A stretch of 64,000 bases of DNA from Mytilus trossulus. Lineage: Eukaryota. The translations under genes were made by a program, and so were the position numbers. The DNA is taken from positions 75,144,001-75,208,000 of the forward strand of contig NC_086386.1 of NCBI RefSeq assembly GCF_036588685.1, given 5' to 3'. Position 1 is the stretch's first letter, and each line of letters begins with the position of its first letter. A model generated the notes under the pieces. The model was not told where the DNA came from. It saw only the letters and a program-made list of their open reading frames with translations, and searched no databases. Below are positions 1 through 14,179 of the stretch, one piece after another.

Positions 1-1350
1 GGGCATAACCCCTGTTTTAGGTTTTTGAAAAGACAAAATCAGCTTTTACTATATAACCAAAGGTCCTAGACCCTTGGGGTCTTCAGTAATGGCATTGGGG
101 ACCAATGACCTTGACAAAGGTCAAAAGGTCAAAGGTCAAGGTCATGTCCCAGATAGCGAATTTAGTGTTTTTAACCTTATTTAACCAGGTTTTCGAGCTT
201 TTTAAGGTTTTTCTTCGTTCAACTTTTGTTCCTTCTCAATTTTTTTGTTTCGCAAGATGTTGCTTAGACATATGGTATATGATATCGAACAGTTATTACG
301 CTTTTGTAACTGACACCGAGTAACCAAAATCTTTCCCATATAAGAGTTATCTCCCCGAACACTGTTTTTCTTGTGATTGCTTAATATTCGCAACCGTATA
401 AGAAACCGACAAATTTATTTTACCAAATTGCTTGTTACATCCTCAGGATGATTTGATTTATTTCGACCGAAGCTATCCGGAGACTCCATATGAAAGTTAT
501 TTCCCCTTTTATATTTGATATAAGTGATATGCATTTTTAACTGGAAAACCATAAGTGGTAGAGGCCTAGGGTCTTTTGATTTGAGGTCCTTGGTATAAAA
601 AAAAAGAAAATGAGGTCAAGGTCAAAGGTCAAGGTCATGATTAACATTTTGATTTTGGCTTGTTATCTCTTATTTTCAGAAATCATACAAGATATCGACA
701 AAATATTTCACACAATTGTTAGTTACGACATGTCGTAACACATAAATTTTAGTCGAAAGGGTATGTAGACATTTGACGCGAGTTTTCCCCCTTTTTATAT
801 CTGATATCATACGTATGGTAATATAACTCATTAACAATATAAAGTAAAGACCTAGAGTCTTTTGATTTGAGGTCCTTGGTTCATGACCTTGAAATTGAGC
901 TCAAGGTCATATGTCAATTTAACGTTCTAGATTTTGACCTTTGCTTTTACCTCATATGTATTCATGTTAAAGCTATTAGACTTTTTGCATTAGTTGCAAG
1001 CAGTATGACGTTGAAAAAGCTAACCGGAAGTGACCTTTTGTAAACCGGAAGTAGCTAATTTTTGTAATAAATTATTGTAAAAGTATGTAAAACCATATAT
1101 TTTTGGAATCAGCGTCAAGTATACTATAAGACAGTACCGGAAGTAACATATTTTGAACCGGAAGTAAAATATTATCTCCCTTATTTATATCTTATTGTAT
1201 AGAAACCTTATATTTTTGGAATCAGCGTACAATAAGTTGTCATTTGACGTTGAAATTGACATTTAAAAACCAAATTTTAATATTTTCATATAAAAAAAAA
1301 TCATTACTGGTGGAAAGACCATCAATGGTTCTCTGAACAATTGTTTTTTA
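1..1350. repeat. Long dispersed repeat family (aaggtcaaaggtcaaggtca / accggaagt motifs)
   Basis: Homologous decayed copies at ~17750-19060 and ~20400-21520, for example gatttgaggtccttgg...gacgttctagattttgacctttg. Confidence 0.65.
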
Positions 1351-2744
1351 ATTTTTTTGTATTTCTTTTAAGTGCACTCAAATATATCACATATTATAAC
1401 ATATTAATAAATTAATTAAACTTAAAAATTTCGATAGGTTTGTATCAACGGAATTTGATTCATTATCACACTATTTTGAAATTTTTAAAATTTTGAAGTA
1501 GTGTATGGAGAGAACCAATCACAATCTAAAGCTTAAGCTTACTCACCAGTTATTCAAAATCATAAAACGACTTTGAATCTTTTTTGAATCAAATTTAAGA
1601 GATAAAATAGTTAGTTAGAATTTTAGGCTATAGTAAATCATTTAAAAAGAGAAAAGCATTTGCAAATCATATAGTTTACCTTTTCAAGTAGAATAAAATG
1701 TGGAATTAAATTCAAAAAGTGATTTGATTACTTACTTTTAATCAGAAGTTTGGAATGTTATCGCTCCGACCTTTTCGAGTATTTTGATACGTTTACTCTC
1801 ATTTCTGTGCATTTTGATATACAATGTAAATACATAAAGTACATGCTACGTATTCCGAGCTGATTTTGGTGAAAACTCTAAAGTTGTTGTAAACATTGTT
1901 TCTTTTTTTTTCTGATTCTGATTCTATGTAGAAAGCAATCTTTTAACGGCACATCCCGTTGTGTATACTATATGATATACGAAGTGCAAATCTGTGTCTT
2001 TATGAAATTTGAAATTGTGAGATAATTCTCCTATGTATGACTAATTTAACGTGTAATTAGATTTAAGCAATGTTCTGATATAAAAAGATTCTTTTTAACA
2101 TGAAAAACAAATTTGATCGTTTGTCATTAATCTAGAACAGCTTAAATTAATACTTATTATTTAATTCATCGGCACTACATTATATAGTTTTATTTCAAAT
2201 TATCACCTAGATACAAACAATCGCGTAAATGCATTTTGGTAAAAAAACAGTTTGTTCTATTGTTGGTTATTAACTCATAATATATATAGATACCAGTAAT
2301 AAAATTGTGTACGGTGGGAGTGCGTTCTTCTCCAAAAGACCCATCAGTGACGCTCGAATGGAAAAAGTGTAAAAATGCATAACACAGTTCCAAGATGGAG
2401 AGTATTTTCGGTAAGGTTTTATCTTATACAGCAAATGTAATCTTTTTCAGGGGTAGAACATTTTTATATTTCGATAATTATTTCCCTTATTTTTTGTGCA
2501 TTTTGACCTGTCATTATTCTGACTTGATTCAGGCATTTTTCAAAAGGGTTGGATACACCTGGTGATTAAAGGATACCAATTTTTGAAAATTATCTGATTG
2601 ATTCCAAAATGTTTGAATTTCAAAGTCAGGAATTTCTTTTGTTTTTCTCATGTCATGTCTCTCCGGTTTTGAGTCTTGGTGTCCTCTGTTAAAATTAATT
2701 ATTAACATATTTCGTAGGCTAATGTACTTGGATATATCTAAGAA

Positions 2745-2965
2745 AAACGTGATCATGATAAATGAATGATTCAAAAGAGCACGTGATCATAGTAAATGCA
2801 TATATCAAAAGACACGTGATAATGTTAATATAATATATCTAATGAGCACGTGATAATGGTTACTGAAAATATCAAAAGAACACATGATCTTAGTTACTGA
2901 GTATATCAAAAGAGAACGTGATCATTGTAATTGAATATTTCAAAAGAACACGTGATAATGGAAAT
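2745..2965. repeat. Minisatellite, ~33-bp unit, ~7 degenerate copies
   Basis: Recurrent aaaaga(g/a)cacgtgat(c/a)at...atatc units. Confidence 0.75.
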
Positions 2966-4314
2966 CGAATGAAATAAAAAAAACTTGTTTTATTCATTAG
3001 TATAATTAATTGTGACTCAATGTCGATTTTGTCAGTAAATATTTAAAAAAAAAAGATCGAACTGATGAGCGTTATCTTATTGATTCATACTGTTTGAAAT
3101 TCCTTGTTTCTGTTGCTTTTACTGTGGTTGATATATCCTAAAATTACGAACATCTCAGTATGAGCAATTCTTGTCGTGGTTGACGTTACTGCTGATATTT
3201 TATGTTTGATATTAACAGGAATCATCATATTTTTTTTGGATATTATTCAAATACTTATCTAGCTTACAAACCAGTATGTATTTTTACCAGTTGCGGACCA
3301 AATCAGATCTGTTGATCAATGTATTTTAGTACGGACATATAACTGTGATAACGAAATGATGCTTTGCATCAAAAACTAATCTTCAAAGTTAGCATGAATT
3401 ATCTAGGTGTACTAAGTCTAGGTCTTCCTCATGTTCCTATATCTATAAGAGTGACCTACACAGTAATTTTCTCAAACATAGCTATAATTTGGGAAAATAT
3501 AAGAAGTTTCTGTTGTTTTTCCTGTTGTGTGTTCATGTGCGACAATTATATTCTACGAACCATTTTCTGTTTTATGTTTGTGAAGAGAATAATATCAAGA
3601 GTTGCATCCCTTACTGCATGCATTTGACTTTTTCAGGATTAAGTATTAGAATCAGATTGGAAGTAAATTTCAGAAGCTTCCCAATAACAGTTGTGCTGTG
3701 GTCCAATTTTTTATATAAGGTATTGTTACATTAGAAAGCAAACGAAAATAAAGTAAATTCAATTTATATTACAAAATTCCTAAACTGGTTATGTCAATAC
3801 ATTGACTGATATAAGAACGAAACAAAAAGTAGGCGATAAGGCTATATGAATATTATAAAAATATTGATTTTCGAAGTATTTACCTTGTTTTATAGTGTTA
3901 TCGTTATTGGAATCTTTCCAAAACTAAATATGTACACTTTAAATTGTTATTTAAGATTTATTTGCTATTAAGTGTTTAGACATTTTAGCTTTCAATATAA
4001 CTTAAGAAGCTAATGTATCTTTAACAAGGATTGTCTTAAACAACCGAATTTAAGTGTTGACATTTCTCTCTGATTTCTTAAAGATAATTTTTCACAATTC
4101 TTAATGGCATTATTAGTTTCATTCTAAACATGAAAATCCCTGCACAGTACCTTTCAGCTCTCTCTCCGAATCAGTATTAAAAAAATTCGATTATACCAAT
4201 TATCTCTATTTGTGGAAATTAAGTATAAAAATAAGTTTACAGTATTTACGAAAGTAAGCTCAGTTACCTTTTCCAAACACCGCAATAATTCCATTATTGT
4301 TCTATACCTACAAA

Positions 4315-4412
4315 TTGCGCCGGTGGTATATCGTGGTTGCGCTTTCGCGTCAAGTTTGAGGGTCGTGGGTGCGATCCGCGGCCGCGTCAAACAAACCAAA
4401 TGAAAATTGTTT
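4315..4412 (+). mobile_element. Decayed tRNA-derived SINE head
   Basis: A-box-like ggtggtatatcgtgg and B-box-like gtgggtgcgatccg, followed by gtcaaac...aaaattg. A GC-rich island in AT-rich DNA. Confidence 0.45.
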
Positions 4413-4883
4413 TTTTTTTCTGAATTTTTATAAAATAATGTATAAAATTTTGATAACGCCTCCTTCTTTTAAAAATATCCTGTACATTCTACATATAACA
4501 TGAACATTTCAAAAAAGCGAAATTTGGAATGTTGGAACAAATATTCTATAACCTTTTTTTGGCGTAACGTACAAAAATTGTTGTATTTGTTTGTAAATGA
4601 TACTACAGAATATTTTTTCCACTTGGAGCGTATATGTGACCCGCCATGACATGTGTAGGCTTATGGAGGTAGAACGTCATTGTTAGAAAAATTATGAACA
4701 TGATAAATATCGAGATTCAATGAAATACGTATTTGTGAAGATGAGATAAACACTTCCCTTGGCTTCTTTTTTGCTGACGCCTAACTATACATCATATATA
4801 AGTTTTGAAGAAGTTTTACTTTATCGTTTGAAATGAAAAATATTTGAATCTACATTTTAAATTGATACAAAAAAAAGTCAAAT

Positions 4884-5376
4884 TTCTGCTCTATAGATTT
4901 CCTTTCATAAATCTGAAATATATCCCTAACAAATGCATCGTAGAAAATGCATATAAGAGAACACCTACTTATAAACTGTTACGCGTCGCATACTAAGTAT
5001 AGAGACATGCATAATAAATATAAATTAAAAAAAGGAATTCTTAAAGCTTACTTTGACAAATTTTAAATTAACTTCAATTCAACAAGTTTAAATTACATGT
5101 TCTAAAATAGAGCTACAAAAAAAATGCTCTGCTTTATAAATTTTCTTTCATAAATGGAGTCTGAAATATATCCATAATAAATGCACCGTATCAAATGCAT
5201 ATATGAAAACACCTACTTATAAACTGTTACTCGTCGCATACAATGTTTCGAGACATGCATGATAAATCTAAATTAAAAGGCGAATTTAAACAAAGGAATT
5301 CTTAAAGCTTACTTTGACAAATTTTAAACTAATTTCATTTCAACAAGTTTAAATTACATGTTCTAAAATAGAGCTA
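4884..5376. repeat. Direct tandem duplication, ~240-bp unit x2
   Basis: acacctacttataaactgttac...aaaggaattcttaaagcttactttgacaaattttaaa...ttctaaaatagagcta occurs twice. Confidence 0.85.
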
Positions 5377-5629
5377 AGAATTGTTTGTATTTTAGTGAAT
5401 TTAAGTGAACAAAAAATCAAGTCAGGTATCTATGATGTTTGTCTCTCCAAATTAAAAAAATATCCTTATTTCAAAAAGGCATTCTGACAATCCGGCCGTA
5501 AGTCTTTACGACTCACTTTTTAACATCACCCTCTGTATGTATTATTAATTTGTGATAGTTCTTGAAAATGCATGAATTGTTTGACTTTTAATTTGTTCAG
5601 GACATTATTTTTGGATGCAATTCCTCTTA

Positions 5630-5875
5630 AATGTAAACCAGTATCAGTTTGAATTTTGGAAATACTTAGACTTTTTACCTCAGGAATAGATATCCTTAGC
5701 TGTATTTGGCAAAACTTTTATGAATTTTGGTCATCAATGCTCTTCAACTTCGTTCTATATTTGACCTTTTTTACTTTTTGGGATTCGAGCGTCACTGATG
5801 AGTCTTTTGTAGACAGACGAAACGCGCGTCTGGCGTATATACAAAATTCAATCTTGTTTTCTATGATGAGTTTAT
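5630..5875 (+). mobile_element. Dispersed hammerhead-containing repeat (Penelope-associated or retrozyme-like)
   Basis: The same sequence recurs in reverse orientation at ~13645-13730 and ~15545-15710, with more decayed pieces at ~2320-2360 and ~30295-30585. Confidence 0.65.
5789..5836 (+). ncRNA. Minimal type I hammerhead ribozyme motif inside a dispersed repeat
   Basis: gcgtca-CTGATGA-gtct[tttgtagac]agac-GAAA-cgcgc-GTC-tggcgt: conserved core, stem II gtct/agac, palindromic stem III, and stem I gcgtca/tggcgt. Confidence 0.75.
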
Positions 5876-6699
5876 ATACAATTATATTGTAGAATATACT
5901 TTTAATATTTTGTTGTAGAAAATGCAACATATTTGAATGTTTTGATTTATGACTAGCCAAAGTTTCAATCTTTTTATCGTTAGTTTTTGCACTACGACTA
6001 TTAATATCGACCTGGGTCTAGCCATATTATATTTTTATGGTATTGAACAAAAGAAAGAATGATATTACGAGATATACTCTTGATGGAAAAATAAACATTA
6101 GTAAGATGTATTGATTGTTTTTTAAGAGGATAAGTTAAAGGACAAATAAGATAACAAAGAACATTCATTGGTATCTATATACCTATTTGAAATGTAAATT
6201 GTTAGACAGTAATGTTCGTGTTATACTATTGGTTTTTCATATCATGAAACAGTGATAGCTTGATAACATAGGAATTCAATATAAATAGATCAGTTTATAT
6301 CTTTATTGGCATTTACACCAAACGAAATTATGTTCTGCCAAATACATACCGATCACACACTTAGATCATCAAAACGCAGATAGAAAAATAATCTCCTGAT
6401 GGGAGACCAACGGGACACACTCATAAGTAAACAAAAACCTGATAACACCATAGGTAAAAATGAAATATACTTTCAGGCAACGAAAAGTACACAAAACAAC
6501 ATATAAACCGAAAAAATAAGCAACACGAATCCCGCAAAAACTAGGTTTGATCACAGGTGCTGCGGAAGTGTAAGCAGATCCTGCTTCACAAGCGGCACTT
6601 ACTCAACATCTACATTCCCAGTGATAAATCTAATTCGGTAGGTCACATCAGGGAGAAGGGGATGAGATTGTAGTAACGACAATTTGCACATATCCGTCG

Positions 6700-7270
6700 T
6701 CATTTGTGAAACAGATATTCCATTACGGTCAACTATCTTATCATGGTGTCACAAATTTACGAATGGAGGATTTCAACTTCGGCACTTGGAATTCTTGGTT
6801 CAATAGCTTCCTTTCAACCCAATTTCAAGATAATCATGATAGGGAAAGCGAGCCCTGGAATATCGTACCTACTCGGACATATATACTCCTTATTCAGGCG
6901 CTGCTGGAATGTGGCTACATAAAAATGGTGAGTCCACAATTTGGAAGCTGAAATCTTCTCTTTTGTCGTAAAAATTTGTTATCAGCCGCCCCTTGTTGTC
7001 AATTTCGAGATAAAAGACAAGTTATGAAGCAGACATTACTGTATCTGTTGTTTTATTTATCTCAAATTCTTTGGGATAAATGCGTTCAACATATTAGCAA
7101 AATTTTGGTTTAATTAGTGAGGGAACATCATTTAAATAACAGAAATTATAGTTAAAGGATACTACTTATTTCTTTTATTTCTTCCTAAGAAGTCAGCATC
7201 ATATGAATAACGGAACAAGTCGCCAAGAATACGAGCACAATTGGCTCCTATGAAAATGCCGACGAAAAAC
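6700..7270 (-). mobile_element. Decayed Penelope-like retroelement reverse-transcriptase fragment
   Basis: The minus strand reads as frameshifted versions of GIPMGTNCAPLLADLFLYSYEADF and LEIDN.GRL.T..YDKREDFSFPIV..PFLCS.IP...YGVY.SQLIRYSR. Confidence 0.65.
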
Positions 7271-7321
7271 ACGTCCTTGAAACGTTAGGTATATGTTTGC
7301 AATAAAGAAACAAGCATCGTG

Positions 7322-8290
7322 ATTTTTGTCTCGCTTGACGGAGTCAAAAAGCGATACATAGGTTTGCTGTTTCCGGCGACGGCGGCGGCGGCATCAGCAC
7401 TCTATAAGTTTTTGATTAGGTTTAGTTTATGGAGAACCACAAGTGGTAGGTCAAAGATATTTGGTATACAGTTGTATTAGTATTTGTACCGCTCGTTACC
7501 ATGGAGATTATTTGGCCCCGCTCTCTCAGTTATGGTCTATTGACTTTGAAATGTTGCTTATTTTTCATGTATTAGTTTGTGATTAGGTCAGTTTATGAGG
7601 AACCACTAGTGGTAAGCTAATGCTAATTGGTATGTAGTTGTATTAGCATTAGGATATCTCATTTCCATGGAAATTATTTGGTTCCGCCCCCTAAGTCATG
7701 GTCTATTGACATTGAAACTTTTGCTTAGTTTTTATGTATAAGATGTGATTATGTCAGTTTATGAGGAACTACTAGTGGTAAGTTAATGATAATTGGTATG
7801 CAGTTGCATAAGCATTGGTATATCTCATTTCCATGGAGATTATTTGACCCTGCCCCCTCAGTCATGGTCTATTGACTTTGAAACTTTTGCTTAGTTTTCA
7901 TGTATTAGTTCGTGATAAGATCTGTTTATGGGGAACCACTAGTCGTAGGTCAATGATATTTGGTATGCAGTTGTATTAGCATTGGCACATCTCATTTCCA
8001 TGGAGATTATTTGACACTGCTTCAATTATGGTTTATTGAATTTTTTTTGTTTAGTTTACCTGTATTAGTTTGTGTTTAGGTTTGTTTAAAGGAAACAACT
8101 TATGATAAGTCAATGGCATTTAGTATGCATTAGCACATCTCATTTCCATTGAGATTTTTTAGCCATGTACCTTCAGTTATGGTCCATTGACCTTGAATAT
8201 TTGCAAAACTTACATTGCTATTTTAATTTCAACATTTGCATTATCCAAATTACAAAAAAGCGAGACATATTTCTGTGATAACAGTTTATT
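7322..8290 (+). mobile_element. HINE-like (Helentron-associated) element with internal ~166-bp tandem array
   Basis: 5' tgtctcgc hairpin (7327), (GGC)n microsatellite, ~5 units (ccatggagattatt at ~7499, 7666, 7831, 7998, 8146), 3' gcgagaca inverted repeat (8260) and terminal mini-hairpin, in T-rich flanks. Confidence 0.75.
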
Positions 8291-11200
8291 ACAGTTTCTG
8301 ATAAGTTTTTGTTTATATCAGAGTGATTTTTTTTTACAACGTACACTTTATCCTTCATAATTAGAATAAAAAATGTCAAATTTGAATGGAAATGGAGAAT
8401 ATGTCAAAGAGACAACAACCCAACCAAGTAACAGACACCAGCCGAAGTCCACCAACGAGTCTTTAACACAGCGAGACAATCCCGCATCCGGAGATGGTCC
8501 GCAGCTAGCCCCTAAATATCATTGTGTTCTAGTTCAGTGAAAATGGACATCACACTAAACTTCAAAAAAAAACAGCAATGTAGCGTTGTTAGGAGGGTAC
8601 GTATGAAGTTTATGTATCCATTATAGTGAATGACAATCCAGTTCTTCATCTTTAGTTGCCTTCTAAAGGAAAATAGACTGGAACACTTTTTTTCTATGAT
8701 TTTCTCTTTTATAAGTGTCGTCAGGTTTATGTAGAGTTTCTAAGTGATTTCAGAACAACAACATATAAGTCACGAAGGTAGTACCGTTGTTAAGTAACAA
8801 TTGAAACGACAAAACAAACAGAACGGCCTTATTTTTTAGCAAACAAATAAGCGTAAACCAACTATAAATACAGCAACTATCTAAATAGATATAGACTCCT
8901 GACGTGTGCACGAATTGGCAGGATTAAACATGATTGATATCTCCAAATCTTTCCCCTGAATTGTGACTGTGATATAACAATATATAAAAAAAAGAACAAA
9001 CTATCAAATCTGTGTAAAAGTGCTTTACTCATCAGGTCGAACACTTACATTAGAACTGAACAAAATGAACTTTTGTCTTATGGAATAAAATTGACTAATC
9101 CACTTTATATCATTGATCATCTAGAAATATGAATTCACCTTCGATCCCAACCTGTTCTCGTCATAGTCCCTAAAATTTGCATTTTGAAGATCTATTAACA
9201 TGATTAAGTTAGAATACCAAGACAAATTGAAATTCATTTTGACCAAATCATATGACACTGTTTTGTCTGAAAATTTTACTGTCGTTTTTGTGTTTCTCGG
9301 TGTTACAACTTTCTACTATTTACATGTTCATTGGCAGTTTGTTGATTTTAAAGAAGTTCAATACTTAACCTGAATATTGTGATAACCTTGTAATCTGCGA
9401 TATATATTTTGTAGCGAAATATTTCACTTTCATATTGATATGAAATTGATTAAAAGAAATTTCAATCTTCTCGAATACCTTTGATTTTTTTCTTTCTAAT
9501 AATGTATATAGAACAAAAAACAATGTAAACGCTTGAATTTTTTTTTATTGTGGATCATATTCAAATAGTGGTTTGTAAAAGGCAAGACAAAGAATTAGTC
9601 AGGTAAGTATTTTTGTCTTATCAAAATAATATCAAGTTGTGTACAAAGTGAAGCCATCATAATCAAAGTATTGTTTTTTTTTTGCTTTTTTGAAACAATC
9701 ATCTGCAAGGTAATTGTGATTCAAAAGATCGGGTTTTTGACAAAAAATGTTTTGTGAGGTGCCTCTGGCATTTGTAAGTCTTGTATGTTTTTTTTTATTT
9801 AAGTTCATTTATATGTTTTGGAGCCGACTTTAAGGAGATTTCTCTGAGTATGATGTCAATTTTCACTCAACTAGTACACCAATTTCCTTTCTCAATTTTA
9901 CTAGGTAATCTAAACCTGAAGTATAGCCCGTCACTTTCTGAACTGTTCCAATGGACGGAATCGCGATTTTAATGTCATGTTGCAAAGTAAAGTAATTTAA
10001 CTTTGATGACACATAATTGACAGCCTCTTTTAAATGAACGCACGATTTCTGAAAAGATAAGTAAAAAGAAGGAACAAATCGTATCATTAAAAGAAGAAAA
10101 AATTCGAAGCATAGAATGTTACTAAATATCATTGTTAACCCATTGTTTTCACAATAAACATTGATATGACTCTTTATGGAATTCCTACTCGAACGACAAG
10201 CAAATTGAAAGATCTGAGTTTGATACATTATATGCGCAGCAAAATTTTACTTTTTATATTCGTATAGTAACAAAAGAAAGAGTTTGGTTTACTTTTGATA
10301 TTATTAATGTGTCAAAATGTTATATATCGTGTTCTGTTGAAACTTCAGCGCTACATTGTTTATCAATTGTCTAAAACACGGAAATGTGAAGTGTTGGTCA
10401 TTGAGACAGCAACATATCAGCACAAATCAAAAACTAAGAGAAATCTTCTTGAAGTCGGCTTTCTATCTTCAACAAAAGATGTAGTAGGATTCGGGTTATA
10501 TATAGGTATATACAAAAAATACAGAAGTAAAGTATGATACTCTAGATAATAATACATTTTAAAAATAGAAAGAAGAAACATCGATTAGCTATAAAGCTAA
10601 CGTTAAAACTTAGCAAATAGCATATGTCATCCTAAATTCTGCGTAGACATGGTATAGTGTCAAATCACAATAAAAAAGCAAAACAAGAAGTTATTAAGTG
10701 TGTGTATCTGATGTGCTTTTCAGGATTAACCATCAGCAGGAAAGAATTTTTTTAAAGCCTTGGATGTATACTAACCAAAACAGTTGCAGAGATTTATAAG
10801 ATAAAGGACCCCTGAAAATAGCCAAATCCATCTTAGTTAAACTTTGCCCGAGTGATTTTCTAACAATTCAAAATTTATTAACGGACAACTTTAGAAAGGT
10901 TTGTTATACATAATGTCAGTGCTGAAGTACTGACTACTAACTTAAGATGATGATACCGTCGGGGACTGTTAGTCCACCAACAGAGGTATCGACCCCAAAT
11001 TTTTGATTTGCCTGAAACGTTAAAATGTCGATAAGAAACCTGACTTCTATATTGGCTGAACATATATATTTTTAATTTTCAAACGTTTTTTTGTATTAAC
11101 GATTGCTAAATTATATGAATGGTTCAATCCATTAATGATTTTATAAGTATTAGGTAATATAATTTGTTTGGTTTAAATACATTGTCCAGCTATATCATGG

Positions 11201-11750
11201 ACCTTATATCAGATATATATAGTTAACTGCTCCTCAAACATTCTTTGGTATGCTCAGTGAAATCGGTTATATATTGATGTGAAATATATCAATGCGTTTA
11301 AATTTACTGAGGTAAATACATTTAATGGGTCGAACATTTTAATCTGTGATTACAAAAAACGGTACACCACTTATCATATCTAATTAGTTTTTTTAAAACA
11401 AAACTGTATTGTCATAATAATCCATTTTGCTTCTAATAAAATATGTCACATGACTTGTAATGTAAAACTCAGAAATATCAATATATATAATACACATAGG
11501 AAACACATCGACTGTACAAAGGAACAACAGGAACATTAGTGAAACATACACAAGTGTCACCATGAATAGAAACAAACTATTTACAACTGCCACATACCTG
11601 ACTTGTTACAGGACATTTTGTGAAAGCAATGGTGATTTGAACCTGGTTTAATGGTTAGCAAAACACTCGGTATAACAGTCACATTCGTGAATATGACAAT
11701 GATTGTACTGAAAGATAATTTAACAATTATTTGAACTACGAACAATATAT

Positions 11751-12158
11751 AAATAACACATAGCTGAGAGGGTGATAGAGCAGATTGGTACCCCGAGAAA
11801 ACATTATCAACCGCGGCGAAGCCAAGGTTGACAATGCCTTTTCAAGGGGTTCCAATCTGCTCTATCACCCTCTCAGCTATGTGTTATTTAATTTATTATA
11901 CTGAATGTCCTATAATTTTTGGCTTTTACAGATTAATTTTATTTTAAAAGTATTTTCTATGACGTCACGTTCATAACAACGTTACGGGTATTAGAAAAAA
12001 ACAACTTCATTGTTCTTTGAATAATCGATTTCTGATTTGTCTAGACGAGAGGGTAACATTAAAAAAAATTGTCACCCGCTCAGCCATGTGATAGAGTAAA
12101 TTGTCACCCTCGTCTTAGCCAATCAAAATATGGCATTTTAACGTGAAGTATAATAATA
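11751..12158. mobile_element. Non-autonomous element with a ~140-bp terminal hairpin (Crypton-like, inferred)
   Basis: 38-bp perfect arms aaataacacatagctgagagggtgatagagcagattgg and its reverse complement ending at 11889, around a ggcgaagcc loop. attatac and gtataat inverted motifs lie downstream. Confidence 0.6.
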
Positions 12159-13064
12159 AGACATAACACATTATTCAAATGAAACTAACAGAAACATAAA
12201 AAATGTATGAATGTAGAATGTACAAAACCCCGAGACACGATGTGCAGCAATTTTTTGAACGTATATACTTACAGTGTCTTATTTTTAAATCAGTTCCTTT
12301 GCCGGGGAACTGCACCTTATTGTATCAATACATTTTTGTTGATAAACATTTACATAAAATTAAATATGCGATTATCTAGACTCTAAAAATGTATGGCAAT
12401 ACTTGTATGTTCAATGTAGTTTCGTTTGGTAATTGTTACCGATCTATCAAAACTTATTTGAAAGTTGATCGGTAAATATGATGAAATATAGGTATTTTTT
12501 TATCAGAGTGGCATAGTATACGTTATTTCCGTTCGATAGTATAAGAGGATGTTAGTGGCGAGTTTTACGAAATCGTTTAGGTTTGCAACTTGCAGACAGA
12601 CAGGGGAGGTTTTGGTGTATTCAAGTATGTTTTTCGATATGTGCCTGTCCTCAGTCCTGTTAATCAGTGATTGTTGTGTGTAGCTAAATATATATATTAT
12701 ATTTGTTTTTCGTTCGTATTGTACAGAAGTCGTTTGTATTGTTTTACATTTCTCATTTAATGCCTTTTATAGCTAACTTTGTGGTATAAATTTTGTTCAT
12801 TGTTCCAGGCTGTGAGGAAACCTAAATGTTCTTATTTCTTAGTTGATGTTTGGTAGATACATAGTTGTCTCATCGGCAACCAAACAGAATTTTATTTTCT
12901 TTCTATATAGACACACACACCTCTATAAACAACACATAGCTTGACTAGTAATGGACAAATTCAAATGAACTCAAAAACGTTCATACAAACCTCCCCTCAA
13001 GGCAGTTTGGTAAGCTATGGATAATATTTTAAGAAGAAATATCATTCCTTTCAGATTCATCGAC

Positions 13065-13632
13065 ATGGCTGCTGCACTATTGAATGGAGATATCAAAGGA
13101 CATGCTTCTGCTGTAATGGTAGTATTGGATATTTATCCACAGATTATGAGAGAAATGATACCTAACATTTTTCCTCCGAAAGGTATTTTTATGCAAATAC
13201 AAAATGAACCAAATCAAACATTCTTGAATCAATTGAAAATTACAGAGAAAAAAATGATTTCAAAATTGGACAGTACTGGATACAACGAACTTGATACATC
13301 GTGCCTTTATAAAGTAATAAGATATTTTAATCTGCTACCACCTCCAAAAGCAGGATGGGGACAAAAGCCAAGACATGAAGACATAGGCCAAGGAGATGAT
13401 GTGGAAAGGATGAAAAAAGATCGCAATGATATTCTTCATCGCCCTCGAGGGTTTTTATCCGAATCTGAAAAACATATTTTTTTCCAGCAAAGTATTGAAA
13501 TCGCCAAACGAATCGATATCAGAAGAAAATCACTTCAGAGCAGCTTCGAAAGTAAGATAAAAAATATACAGTTGAGTGTATGCAGCATGGAAAAACATAT
13601 TGAGGTCTTAGAAAAATGTGCAGAATATCGGG
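13065..13632 (+). CDS. Coding exon 1 of the HEPN-STAND-ANK locus: DZIP3-like HEPN domain (HEPN-1)
   Basis: Acceptor ttcctttcag|13055, ATG at 13065, donor G|gtaaat after 13632 (phase 1). Translation has LDTSCLYKVIR...PPPKAGWG...GDDVERMKKDRNDILH, the DZIP3-like HEPN pattern with an intact R-x4-H motif (13422-13439). Confidence 0.85.
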
Positions 13633-14179
13633 GTAAATAAACTCATCATAGATACCAGGATCGAAATTTTGTATTTGCGCCAGATGAGCGTTTCGTCTAC
13701 AAAAGACTCATCAATGACGCTTAAATCAAAGACAATTCAAAATTCAAAATGTTATTTTATGTTTTAGATATTAAGGTTACAATCTATTTCTGCAGTATGA
13801 AAGTTATCAAAATTACTTAATAATAATAAACAAACCTTGCGAAATTTATCAGTACTTCAAGTATTTGAATTCAATTAATAGAGTTGAAATCAAACAATAA
13901 TAAAATGTAAAATGTGTCAAAGAGACATATTTCTACGAGTTTTTAAATCTATTTCTTTAAAGGTTAACATTTTCATTGTGTTCAATTAAAAATCTGTTAA
14001 TAGTTGAAATAGTGTTTTGCTCTTGCAAACCAGTAAGACGTCATATGTCCTATTCAGGAATCAAATTTTCAATAACATATATATAAGAAAATACGAAAAA
14101 AATAGAAAATTAAGAGAAAAAGTGCGAGTGTTTTGTACATTTTTAATAGCTGCAATACAATGATTTCATCATTTTATAG

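Noticed and set aside
2745-2965. Cluster of CACGTG E-boxes as an enhancer
   Set aside because: Explained by a minisatellite unit, with no linked promoter evidence.
9569-9602. Possible upstream micro-exon of the HEPN gene (CAG|GTAAGT donor)
   Set aside because: The donor is strong and the phase compatible, but there is no independent support.
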